Assembly (NCBI GenBank): GCA_030141605.1
Contig: JAQGDQ010000110.1
Location: forward strand, 372,001-436,000
Direction: 5' to 3'
Length of the DNA stretch: 64,000 bases
Source of the DNA: Tubiluchus corallicola
Taxonomy: Eukaryota > Animalia > Priapulida
The notes below the pieces were generated by a model, which worked only from the letters and a program-made list of their open reading frames with translations, did no database searches and was not told the DNA's origin. Shown one piece after another: positions 43,630 through 56,899 of this stretch. Position 1 is the stretch's first letter. Every line of letters begins with the position of its first letter. Both the position numbers and the translations under genes were made by a program.

Positions 43630-44335
43630 AGTAACTTATTAATTAGCCTAGTGTTGATTAATAATGAATCAATCGTACGAAATACGTTCGTTAATCCACA
43701 GGCTCTTCGTGTGCATCAAGTCAAGTCAAATCAAGTCAAGTGCTAGGCGTGCTTGGTATGTGATGCCTCCAAAGAGTTACTGTTACCAGGCCTGCTGTTA
43801 CCAATACTTTCACAGTGTTTGCGAGCTGTTTCTTCACGACAGCAACAACAGCAACAAAACAACAACTACAGAGCTCTCACTAGAGGGACACAGTCGCCTG
43901 AATCAGATCAGGCATACTTCGAGACTATTGTAAAGATATATTTTCTATATTAACACTTATAATGATATCAAATCTATGTGAAAAAGCAGCTACCGTCATA
44001 TAGACAAGCAGTTAGTTGAGGTAGAATTCGATACAGACACAAGTAGAAGGTTAAGATTCCATGGAGACTATCATAACATGTCAGTGATTGTTGTTATCCG
44101 ATACCTTGCTAATAAATCCCATTTCACTTAGCTGTCACTGGAGTTCACTGATCACGTATACATGAGTGGTTGGTATTACGGTATATGGGCTACAGAAGTT
44201 TATTATAAGCAAATCTTCAAAAACTGGGAAAATTCAAATCTGCTCCATTAGACTGCGCCAATAATTTATACATTTGGATCTTGAACCATGAATGCAGTAC
44301 AATTGTGCGAGGTATTAACTTCCTAGATTACTCCA

Positions 44336-44392
44336 GAGCCGAGAATAAGTGACGACAAGCAGACAGACAGACACGTACGCACGCATGCACAC

Positions 44393-44486
<94 letters not shown>

Positions 44487-44605
44487 GGACAGACGGAGCC
44501 GAGAATAAAGTGACGACAAGCAGACAGACAGACACGCACGCACGCACGCACGCACGCACGCATGCACAGACAGACAGACAGACAGACGGAGCCGATATTC
44601 TATAG
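44336..44605. repeat. Composite (ACAG)n/(ACGC)n microsatellite within a duplicated gagccgagaataagtgacgacaagc unit
   Basis: The unit head occurs at about 44336 and about 44495. Cagacagacgg tracts like these are common in Helitron/Helentron-derived repeats (unverified). Confidence 0.8.
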
Positions 44606-45817
44606 TCGTGGCACGCCTATTACAGCGGTTCGCATGTTTTTGTTATGCCGCATAATTGTCACGTGCAGGTCACAAAGTGCGTGTAACATGATTATATTAC
44701 TTTAGTTTATTACACAGCTTATAAATACAATCACGTCTAAATACATTATTATTTACATATAAGGCTTTAATGTGCTTTGTAATATGTTGCATCAGCAGCC
44801 TATAACCGTTTATACTCATACTGCCTGAATAAATTTTATCTAAAATAATAATATTAAATTTATTTGATATCTACGAACGTTGTAACATTACTAAGCTACA
44901 CAATGAAATACACAAAATAAATTAATTTCTACGTTCTCTTAAAATCATGCAATATCACCAATTATTGACAAAACGGAATTTATTATTTAGTTATTTTAGA
45001 AAAATTTAAAGCAAAAGGAAAAAATGTGACAAAACCGGAACAAAACTTGTATGTGAACTAAGGACCTTTGAAATAAAGTACACTGTCATAATCACCAGAG
45101 TAATTAGAAATATCCAGCCTCATGAGATTAACATTACCTAAAACTCAAATGTTTCAAAGCTGTAATAAATAAGATTACAAACTGAGAAGCTTGACACTTC
45201 TACGTACAAGTTCGTGATGAAAGATACGTATGTAAAAAATATTTGAATGCCTTTATTTAAATATCCTTACTAGAGGTCACTACATGAAGACTAATATACC
45301 TATAATTATTTTGAACGTTACAAGTGAGATTAAAATAGAATGGCGTTACATCACAGTTAGTTATAACGGCAAATATAATTTAAAAGTTGCACAATCATAG
45401 AGAATTATGAGAACAGTAAAAATTTGTAATAATTTTTAAAATTTATTTAAAATAAGGCGTACCATGAGTTTTCTGTAATTGTAAATCACTTCTTTAATCA
45501 GTAAGCAAAGAAGCAAGAACTAAGTGCTGTGTCTAAAATAGAGAGACGCTAGTTTTACATAGAAGTAATTAGATAAGTATTAGGTAAAATTTTGCCAACG
45601 AGAAATTTCTATTGATTTTAATTTATTCGGTTCAAGTAAAATATTTGAATCGTTACAAAGTTCGGTTTCTACGACGATTCCAATATTTTGCTCGAAACTG
45701 ACGCCATTTTTAGGTTCAGTAGCGTAACTACCAGAAAAAAGGAGTTTGGTGAATGTGTGTATCATACAAATTGATTTTCATCTCAAAAAGTTAGAGAAAG
45801 TCATTCAAATGCTGTAA

Positions 45818-47071
45818 AGGTGTGAACACATGCGCACCATGCGGTTGATACGGCGACGGTTGGTCCGTTACAGGCGGAATATCTATTGCGGCGAGGCATT
45901 TATATGCACAAGGAAATGACGTCAATAAAATTGCAGTATTACAGGAAGAATGAGATGATCACTTGCTGCCGCTGTAGGGTTGTGGTGATTCAGTAGTCTA
46001 ACATGATGTAATTTGTACAAGATGAAAAACAAGTGTTAAAATTAGAACAGCTTGAAATTAAGAAAAAGGTTGATTTCAATTTGGTTTTATATGAAAGCGA
46101 TGAACGACTCTAGCCTAGAGCGTGTTCAGTAAAAGTACGGCCACTTCTCATTTTCATAATGATAATTATTTATTTATTATTTATTTCACGTTTATTTCAG
46201 TACATAAAAAGTACCACAATACAGAAAAAACTTATTAAGAATTACTATTTAAAAATACTAATACAAGATATATATAAAATAAATATTTACACAATGGATG
46301 GAGAATTAGTAAACTACATATTTAAAGCGCTTTAGAAAAAGCTAAAGTGCTTTTACTATATTATAAGTCTATTGTTTACCTAATAAGTTATTTTTAGTGT
46401 GCAACAAGATCAATATCTTAAATTTTTTATTAGGTGCTGCAAATGTCTGTGCTGCGAAAGTTACGTTATGTTTAGAGATCAATAAGTTAGTATAGGGTAT
46501 ATTAGGGTAATGTCGGCCAGCCAGTTTCTATGGACTCTAAACATGTCACGTGAGCTAGTTTAGGTTTTTATAGTTTACTAAGCCAATCAGCAAAGCCAGC
46601 ATTGTTCAGCTAGATGTGTTTCCCTTGTTCTAGTTGTCTGTCACCTGCATCAGCAACAAATTTCGAGAAGAGTTAGGTGATTTACTGCAATATTTCGTAG
46701 TTACCTTAGTGTTTTACAATATTTTAGTAACTACTATAATGAATAATCATCTATACTGGGGATGCTAAAGTCTATTTCAAAACATGAATTAGACGGTTTT
46801 TAATGAATTTTAATAGACGAACTGCAATATTTCATACATATTTCACAAGCGTACTGGTGTGTTTCACAACTGGCCGACATAATCACAATATACTATACTT
46901 AATGTCTTTCCAGAAATAACAATTCTTTTGTCTTTTATTGTAATAAGACAGTTCACTTGTTAAGAAGCTGATTAAGTGGTAAATACGGCATTTTCTGTCC
47001 ATTTTTTTGTATCTGGACTTGCTTACATTTTTTTTCGCGTGTGTATATATTTCACATGTCTCAAGCTTTTC

Positions 47072-47112
<41 letters not shown>

Positions 47113-47360
47113 AGCGACTCCTACAGCATTTTCTATCAATCACATCTTTCAGGAATTCTTTTGTCTTTCCTGAACGTACGTGTGTGACATGTCTACAGAA
47201 AAATATGTTAGTATTACCAGAATATTGTGTAAACGTGCATGGGTGTATGTTGGAACAATGTTGTAATTGTCAGTTAAATATTGAATTTTACTGCAATGGC
47301 AGGTCAAAGCAAGAAGAAAGATAGAGGAGAGAAAGAAAGAGAAGGGGAGATGAACACACA

Positions 47361-47455
<95 letters not shown>

Positions 47456-47504
47456 GCACGCACGCACGCACGCACGCGCACGCACGCACGCGCACGCTCG
47501 CACT

Positions 47505-47589
<85 letters not shown>

Positions 47590-48062
47590 AAGAAAAGAGG
47601 AAAGAGAGAGAGGGGACGAGAGAGAGAGAGAGAGAGAGAGAGGGGGGAGATAGAGAGAAAGGGGGAGACAGAAATAGAAAAAGAGAGAGATGAAGGACGA
47701 CTGGAGAGAGAGAGGAAAGAGAGGGGGAGACAAAGGGATGGGGATGAGGAGGGCGATGGGAAGGGGAGGGAGAAAGTTAGATGAGGAAAGAGAAAAGGAA
47801 AAACGATTATTTACCCTTTCTAACCTAATAAACTATATCAAACCTACCAGTTCGTTCTCATCTTGTTCCTCTAATTACTATAATTTTCTGGTAGGCTGCT
47901 TCGGATTGCATAAAATTTTTATTCTATACGTTTTTCATTCTATGTTTCTTATCTATAGCAATATGAATATTTTTTAATTTGATTCCGACATGGTCCTCGC
48001 GCACCAACCGTCGCCGGATGTATAGCCTGCGCGGCGTCAACCGGATCGTCGCGTTAGTCTCT
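45818..48062. mobile_element. Possible old PIF/Harbinger-like non-autonomous element, about 2.2 kb
   Basis: GC-rich inverted blocks cggttga/cggcgacggttggt (about 45842-45865) versus accaaccgtcgccg/tcaaccg (about 48003-48043). TAA-containing flanks; the termini are degenerate. Confidence 0.3.
47356..47800. repeat. (CA)n-(CACG)n-(GA)n compound microsatellite and purine-rich tract
   Basis: Visible runs. Confidence 0.9.
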
Positions 48063-49114
48063 TTAAACTGTGGCGTGCCAAAGTGATGCGAAGATATGTT
48101 ACATAGTTGTGTTTATTGTGCCTTAGTAATTCTTATGTAAAATAAATCGGTTATAGCGCCTCTGCGAAGAAACAACTTTGCTATTCTATCTAAAATACGC
48201 AGTTTTAGTTGTCTAGAAGAACTACGATGCACATGAAACATTGTACACACAGGTCAATGGAGCAAACTTTTAAAATTGAGTAAAGGCCACTACAACACCA
48301 TTTTACAGGCTATACAAATGTGTAAAAAGTTTAACTGATGATATAATTCAATATTTATATGTTGAACACAAAAATGTCACGTATATGACATAGCACATCT
48401 TCGTTTTAATATCACAGATTTAAATACTTAAATTTCTTCGTCACGTACACGTATATGGGCTCAATTTAAATGTGTTTCTAACACCCCACGATGAATTATA
48501 AGCCAACTTCCATTTTTACGGTAAGACAGAGATACTTAAATCTCAAGTTGGATGCTTCCAATTTCAAGATCAGGTTTTTTTAATACAGCCTTCTTTCCTT
48601 ATTTATCTCTTCTTCTTTCCTTCACTCTCCGTCTTCCTTTCTCTTTTTTTCAGTTTTCCTTTTCCTTTTTCTTTCTTTTCACGTTGCCGATCCTCGTGAA
48701 ATTCCTTCCTCTTTTATTTTGCCCTTGTTGTTTTCTGATGTTTTTTCTTTTTCTTTTCTTCAACCTGCTTTTACTTTTGACTGCTTTCTCCCTACTATTA
48801 TTATTATTTGTTCTCTTTTCAGAATTTTTTATTTCACTCTTTCACTCCTTCGGTTCAAATTTTATTCTCATCCCTTTTTCTTCTTTTCTTTTTCCCTTTG
48901 TTATTTTCCCTTCCATTAAGCCCATAAAGCCAACTTCTTTTCTTTGTCAGCCCTTTTTCTGCAATGTATGTTTTCCTAGTTTTCCTCTAATTTTTACTGC
49001 TCTTCTTTCCTTTTAACCCTGGTCCAACATTCTACTAAGTCCGGTTTTTCACAATTTTGGCAAAAAATAATTCCCTCACAGGATGGTAAAAACACATTGT
49101 TATTCATTGTAATT

Positions 49115-52100
49115 TCAATCTTCGCCTATCATCGCCATTGCTGTCCCCATTGTTTTACGATATTCGTCCATTTCAGCTTCCATGGATTTATGCGTCAATG
49201 GCGGGAGGGGATTGCGCAGTTTTCTCTCCCTAGCCTCCTCAATCCTGGCCTGTTTCTCTTTTAGCCTGCGCAAAAACAGAGTTTTATGAAAATAAGTTAT
49301 AAGTCATGCATGATGCCTGCGTTTTCAAATTAACATTCGCTTGCACAATTGTTTGGTAGGATTAAGGTCTAATGATGATCACGCGTTAGTTGTGATGTTG
49401 TTAGTTAAGTTTGATTAAAGGTAGTAAATCGGTTTTCTCAAATTTGTCGGTTTGTACAATAGTCTGTGACAGAAAGTTAGTCACAATTTTTTCTCTTTGT
49501 GACACTAATTCTAACAAATATTCTACCTGCCTGAGCTGCTTTGAAATAGTTAGTGTTTCACAACTAAATATAACTATATTACTGCTTTATGCAATTATCT
49601 ATTCTTTAAAAATTATCGTTAAACTCAACATAAAAAGAATTTAAGCTTCTTTCTCTAGCTTTGCAGAGAATGGTGTAGCATTGTTGTTAAATACTGCTTT
49701 ATTATATACAGACAATATTTCGGACATAAATGACTGTCTTTTTTCAGGTATTAGTTAAAATAAAATAAAATAATTTTTAAAGATAGATATCAAAAAGTAA
49801 AAAAACTGAAACGTTAAAAATGAATTAAGACAGTATAAAAAATATAACCAGTCCAGTTGAGCTAAAACAAAAGAATAATAGTAAAAAAATTAATTTTAGC
49901 TAATACCTGAATTGCTAATAACTAATACCCAAATAGTAATTTGTGTTGAAATATTGTCTAAAGGAAAACAGGATGATTGTTCACATCCTATCCCATTCTG
50001 AAGTACTGTAAAAAGTATACATTTTAACACATATAATAATGCCAAAACGCTTCTGATAATTGAATAATAAGTTAAAAACTTAATTAACGGCCGGGGCGCC
50101 CAGCTAGTAATGACATCACAAGTTAACATAGTAGAGTTTTCAACAGCACAAATATTCTACGAGCGTCTTAAGGGTCTTTGCGAAAGCGAAAATTGAATTA
50201 CAGTGCTATTGTACGGCATTCAGTGTAATATACAAAAGCAAATTTTAAGTCTAAACTCAAATTTCAAGTTTACCCTGTTACTCACGAGCCCTCGAATGTT
50301 TGCACTACGTAACAACTGAACACCTCTGATCTGAGACTGAGAGATACAGCATCTGTTTTTTGTGCACGCGTTTCCGAGATGCAGGCGCTAGTGCCCATCT
50401 AAGTAGGTATATGCATGTAATAGCGAAGAACCAATTGCGAGAACACGAATTTACGTTTCTGAGGTACTAAACACGTAAGTCACTCTTGAAAAAAATAATG
50501 TTCCCTTTCAATTATATAGAGTAGATTGTTTTGAGCTATAGTTTAAGATTGGGTCCAGCATTTAACAACGAAACTGTTCTGCCCAATCTGGAGAAACATA
50601 CTTAAATGCAAATTCCTTAACACAGCTACACAAAGCGCTACATATCTTCTTACTTGTCTCGAAGTTCTTGAAGATGTTTCTCTCTGTTTTCTTCAGCCAG
50701 AACTTCTCTGGTCTGCTGCAAGGCTTTAGTTACTGCCTCATCTTCATTCATGTTATTGTCCACTTGTTTAAGGATGTGAGCTTTAAGACTTTCTTCTCTC
50801 TCCTACCGTAGTAAAAATAACAAGCAGTTAAACTAGCGCTGTAAGATTCGTATTTGAATGCATACCGAGTCTGAAGACAATGTATCAATGTAAGAGAGGG
50901 AGAGCTGTTTCTCTCTTTACAATAAAAGCGATAGACATAAATTTTTACTGAAGCATGGACTAGAAAATTCAACACTGTAATCAGTTAGACGGAATTTCTA
51001 ATGATACTGTCTAAATAGCCCTTTAAACTTGCTGCTAAACTACGAGAGAGAAAGAGAGAGAGAGAACGAAAGACAGAAAGACGACAGGAAGGAGAGGGGA
51101 CTACTGGAGAGACTGACCTTTTGCCGTTTTTCTTCTTTTTCTAATCTAGCTTGTAACTCCGCAGCGGTAAGTCGTTTTTTCTTCTTTCGCTTGAGTTCTA
51201 GTTTTTCTAATCTATGTGGAGGAATGACTTTTTTCTGCCCACCTTCCTCGATTACTTCAAAACTGAGTCCCCCTATTGATGAAAAACAAAATTAACTTAA
51301 AAAAACTCCAAATTTAAACACTCTGATGAGCGCATTGTGTACACTGTTAAGTATATTAACCTGTAGATTTTCAGCCCGCCATGCAAGTGGCCTAAAGATT
51401 GTTGCCTTTGTAGAATTCACAGAACGTAATCCAGCCAAGAGTTCCGCCATATGGCTCTGCGCATGCGGCGTCAGGCTGAATCCGAACTCATCATCTCCTA
51501 CTGGTTCCAGATTCTGGGTTCCAGCAGTCTTTATAGACACTGAGAAATAATTAAGCAGTATGAACCCAATAACGAAACCTTTTTCTGGTTCAAATTTCAT
51601 TGTGTTAACTGTATACCTGTTGCTCGAGACATAGGTCTGGTGATCAATCCTTCGTCCCGAAGTTTTCCTAGTATTTCCGTTTCTTCCACACGGCTTTTAT
51701 CCTTGGCACTTAGGTTTCGCGGAGGTACGCCCCCTGCAATGGAGAGATCTGAAAGCACATAAAAGCTGGTCGCGACACCTTTAACAAATTAAAAAGTTGT
51801 GAGATGCTAGGCTGTTACGTGCCACGCTAGTTGCTCTATCCACAGCCACAGTATTAACAACGATGACAACGACAATGACAACGATGACAGCAGGGAAAAC
51901 AACAACAACCAGAACAACAACAGCAACAGCGAGGACAGCGACAACAACAACAACATGATTTATGCAACATAAAAACAACTTTTTTGTTTTTTTCAATATT
52001 CTATATTCAATAATTATCAAAACGCTTTCGTACACTGCTACATATAGATATTAGTGTAGTGCTTAACTTCGTGGTACCGCGCGGTAACATTATTGATCAC

Positions 52101-53159
52101 ATTTTGGTAACAAGCAGCCTACTTAGTTACCGCATGCTTAATAAGAAAAAGTAAGTACAGCATCACTTCCTCCCCCCTCCAAAAAACATCAATATCAGCA
52201 ACAGGTATATAGGTATGGCAACAATAGCAAATTAACGACAGCAACAATAACAACAACAAAATCAACAACGATTAAAAGCAATCATGTTAAGAAGAGTATT
52301 TTTCAGCAATTGGTAACAATAATCGTTGAAACTGTGGAACAGCTATTACAGAATAATAGCCAGTGGCACAATGTGCCTGGCGAAGTATTTTCAATGATTT
52401 TTGTACAAAAATTAAACATTCAAATAGTAATTCAGTTAGTAGTATTATAAGAACAAAGTAATTATTCGAATTTTAATAATCACTTAACATTAGCCATGAA
52501 TAAGTTACATCACTGAATTTTTTTTATTACGAAGAAGTTATCTTTCTTTGCTGTCTTCTAAAACTTTGTCTAAATTTAAATTTCCGTTATAATTTCATAT
52601 TCAAATTACCTAAATGTCTCTTCAAACGTCCTTCCCAAAATGATGATGTCATAAAGCAATATCGTGTTAGGTGTGCGTTCATGTGTTATTGAATTTTGTG
52701 CATATTTCACAAAACATTAAGAAGTTTAAGAAGTATTTAAGAGTACCCCGCTAAGAAGAATACCGCTTCAGATGCAGAGCCAATTTGGATGCCCTGTGGT
52801 GCAAATTTTGTGACTAGATTACAATGTGACAGGTAAAGAACACGAAAGCAGCTTGCAAAGAAATGACACACGTGAGTGACGTCACACAACACACCTATGT
52901 CATCATCCTCTTCGAAATCTTCTTCCACCTTTCTACGTGCCTCTTCGGAACTGTGCTCAGTGATAATGTGCGCATGCGGGTGGTCAACGTGCGCATGCGC
53001 ATTGTCCTCACCTCCTAAACCGCTGTCATGACTTTCGTTTGACTTGGCGGACACGTCCCTGGATACAGTCAATACAGTGGAGGGGGTTTTGGTAGTGTTG
53101 TCATGACCTTTTGTTTCAATGACGCTTATAGTGTCTGATTTGCTGCCACCACACCCCAT
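49115..53159 (-). CDS. Stathmin-domain-containing protein (STMND1-like), 5 exons, 283 aa, N-terminal MGC acylation motif
   Basis: Exons 52895-53159, 51617-51748, 51118-51272, 50654-50802 and 49115-49265 total 852 nt with compatible phases. Motifs: MGCGGSK; ILGKLRDEGLI; GGLSFEVI (like stathmin AFELI); PPHRLEKL; KKKKRLTAAELQARLEKEEKRQK (like stathmin [22 protein letters not shown]); EENREKHLQELRDKLKEK. Confidence 0.85.
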
Positions 53160-56100
53160 AGTATCTAGAAAAAGTTATGACTGATAGTTATATAAGTTAA
53201 ACCGGCTAATTGGCTTCATTAAAGAAAAGGTCAAGCATTCCGGGAATTTTGGCCTTATTTCAATTATTATGAAAAAAGTTAGATTGATTTAGTAATAAAA
53301 GTGCAATAAGGGCTTCGTGTAATTAGTAAAACCACTTCAAAATCGCGATCATTTCATGCTTGGGCGCTCCCGTTTTTAACTCGTATTTTTCACCAACGAC
53401 GTCGTTTAAGAACAGAAGAGAAGCAGCGCAGCATTAATTTCTGTCTATTGTATAATAAGTTGTTACAAAAATAGATAGCTAATTTTGCGATACTTTTGGC
53501 ATGAACAGAAGCTGCAGACGTTTGAATTAGTATGAACTAAGCAACGAGCCCTTACGGAAGGCCGCGATACGCTTAAGAAAAGTCACGAAGTCAACCAGTT
53601 ACATCATAATTTTCAAGTGAATGCCACGAGAATGCGACTGAAAAGTTCTGTACAGCGGTAGTATACATTAAATTTATGTTTTACAAGCAGTTTTTTTGCA
53701 AATTTCTTTGTTATATTTTTCTACATTTAATTGACAAAAGTAAAACAAGCAAAATACGTACAAGTGCATTGTATTCATAATAATGGTATAAATTTATCAG
53801 TAAAACCGACAATATAGTGTTATTGTTTCTACTACGGAAAATATAATCGAGTTTAAAATTCGCAAAGCATTGATGAATTCTTTTCTTAATTTTTAACACC
53901 ATAATTCACATCTGCTAAGGTGGTATCAAATGAAAAGTTTACAACAATTTTGTAAACAATTGCATTGACTGTTGGGACACAAAGTCAATACTCAGAACGG
54001 CCTACACTCCCCATTTTACAAACTCATGTTCGATGATAGGTGTTATAGTTATGTAAAATCTATAGACAAACCAGAAAAGAAACACGAAGAATGTATGCAC
54101 GTTTAGTGGCAATTTGTTAATTATTCAAGAAAATGTATCACTGTTATATACTTACCAGAAAATTGTTGAACAAATCATTGCAAAAAAGGATTCAATTATT
54201 TCACTTGAGAATATAAAGATTTTATGTGAAAGATTAAATGTCGACCGATATGCTGGGCGTTAAAGAAAAATGTGAGTGAAATGATAGTTTTCTTAATTAT
54301 ACTGCAATAAAATTAGTTTTCAGTGATTTGATATATAAAATGTTTACATGACCAGTCTAAAAGATTAGGATAAGCAACAATGTGGCATTAAATAACGTAT
54401 TACATTAAGTTATACCAGCTAAACTTCGTCTATGGGTTCTGGTCATGCTCTTCCCACGCACTTTAATTCTGCCGCACGTTTGTCTAAGTCTTTTCTGGGT
54501 TGGAGAAACTTATAATAAAACCGATTCTTTCTATCCTTTCAAGACGTTTTACGTCTGCATCTAGTACCCAAAGGACAACGTTTAACCACTATAATGTCTC
54601 TGTTTTACTGCTAAACAAATTTTAGTTGCAGAATTTTTTTATGGATTGAAAACATACAAATAATACTAATATAGCACAATTTATTTTGACTCTCGCAGCA
54701 TATTTCATTACCTTCTCCAGGACATGTTTGTGAGTAGCTTTTGTGATATTCAAAAATGGGGATATATAAATTTTGGGAATATAAAAGGAGCGCTTGATTG
54801 GCCATTGTGTTAGGTGGACTGCCGCTGGTTCGTTAACCTTTCCCGATCTGTATATTTTATGCAAAAAAGCTTCAGTAGTAATAATCTGGGAATCTAGGTG
54901 CTAATACTTCTAGCTGCCTTTTGCCCAGTTGGAACCGAACGCAGATAGTGCATTAAATTTTTTTGTGGATTAATGTCAGAGTTCATGTATTGATGCCGGT
55001 GTCGACATCTATTTGTCCATAAGTGCATTAGCTTAGATATTTATTAATAGTTTTGTGATTAAATTAGTATTGATGTTGGTAAAAAAACTAGATTCACGTT
55101 ACTGCATATTCGTATAATACGTGCGGACCCAAGTATTTAATTCTAATTTGCTGGCGACATGGACGAAAATTGCAGGTCGGTTTATATATTACAACAAAAT
55201 CATCATATGAACCACGCACCCTGTGGTTTTTTGCATTTACAGAAAGAACAAAAGAATCAGCGAACATGCACAAAATTTATTTTACGTTCATAAGTTATTG
55301 CTAAAAAATCCCAGAAGTAAAACAACAAAAAGGTACGACGTTTCAGCAATCGCTGTGATTTACCCATCTGCTTGAGAGAGGGACATAAAAGTTGGATTGT
55401 GTCCTAAACTCCCTGTTAACAGTAATTGTGGTCATTGATACTGTTTCCTCCGTCTGTGTTTTTAGGTGTTGTGCTTCCCTAATTATGTTATTACGCCCTT
55501 TTTTAAGTGCGTTATGTGTATGTATAAATAATATAAAAAAGCCCCCCAAAATTAATTTTAGTATCTCTATGTGATTTTTTCCCTTTTTCCACCTCATGAT
55601 AAATCACATAAATCACAACAGCAGTTTGAAACGTTGTTTTAATTGTTGGATATTTTGGTAATTATCACTATTCTTGTCAGTAAGAATTAAACTTGGGTTA
55701 GTATTCATAACGTACAGAAACAATAACTTTAAAGCTAATCTTACTGTCAGTGCAGCAAAATTAGTAGAAGTTTGCAAAGAAAAGGTAAAACGCATCAACA
55801 TTATTAATAGCAGCATTATTGTAAACGATAACATCGGACTATACGGAGATTTATATCTAAAATGGTAAGACAGAATGCAAAGCGCAAACGGTGTAAAAGT
55901 CATTATTCGGCATACAACAACGTTTTTATGAAATGAGACAACAATACTTTAAAATGGTAATTAAAATATATGTACAAAATAAATTTAACGTTTGAACTTA
56001 ATATTCTTCTATTATTTTATTATTTTTTATTTTGTTTTACATTAATACGCATAGTGCCATATTAAACAACTTTATTAACATATAGACATATCAATTATTA

Positions 56101-56714
56101 ATTATCAGTAACTCACCGTAAGATAAATTTTAAAAATGCTTTAATCTAATGAGCAAGGATAGATTAAAATAATGAAGGACCAAAGTCACCAAACCTTCAG
56201 GTCCCTAACTTTCTATTCTTTATTATTTATAACTTTATTGAAATCATTTGAAGTAGGTGGTTCGACTTTGACAGGAAACAAACTCCAAATTTTAACTTTT
56301 CTGTGCATTGTTGAACTGTAAGCTGGCAGCTGTTCATGCGGTATATAGTTATAGGCTTATATAGTCTTAGCACGGTCTTCTTATTATGAGCTAAAATGGC
56401 GAGAAACAATGTAAAATAAAAATAAAAATTAAAGAAGAAATCAAAAAATTAAATAATTTCCGTAAATAAATCCCTATTACGGCTTTTTACGTCAAATATA
56501 TTTTACCGTGATTATCGCTTTCTCAATCAGAAAGTTCTAGTCAAAAATGATGGAAAAACTCACAGAACTGTAAAACGTAAATTTTAGTAAAACTACGTCA
56601 TTGTTATTACCAAAATACTAAGCACTACTCCATTCACCACTCTATCACGTATAATAAAACATCTGTGGTATACAGGCGACTGTTGTCTAAACAATTTTAT
56701 GTATCCAAGCGTAA

Positions 56715-56724
56715 GTCACGTGAC
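56715..56724. promoter_or_regulatory. Palindromic E-box/CLEAR-type motif GTCACGTGAC
   Basis: Exact 10-bp palindrome about 160 bp from an X-box. Confidence 0.3.
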
Positions 56725-56885
56725 GCGATCATCTAATCAATTATTATAGGTGCCTATCGCATAAAGAAACCCGAGCTCTATTGTGACGGGTAGTCAGGTT
56801 CATGTATCAAACGCTTATAATTATTGATATAGCTAAGAATAATAGCTTAATGGCATTGCACTTTCCATCACAAAAAATAATTTTT

Positions 56886-56899
56886 GTTTCCATAGCAAC
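56886..56899. promoter_or_regulatory. RFX X-box
   Basis: GTTTCCATAGCAAC fits the 14-bp X-box consensus GTYNCY-AT-RGNAAC. Confidence 0.5.

Noticed and set aside
48552-49016. 154-aa Phe/Leu-rich ORF resembling a membrane protein
   Set aside because: It comes from a CT-rich low-complexity tract downstream of the stathmin-like stop. The opposite strand is also interrupted by stops in the frames I read.
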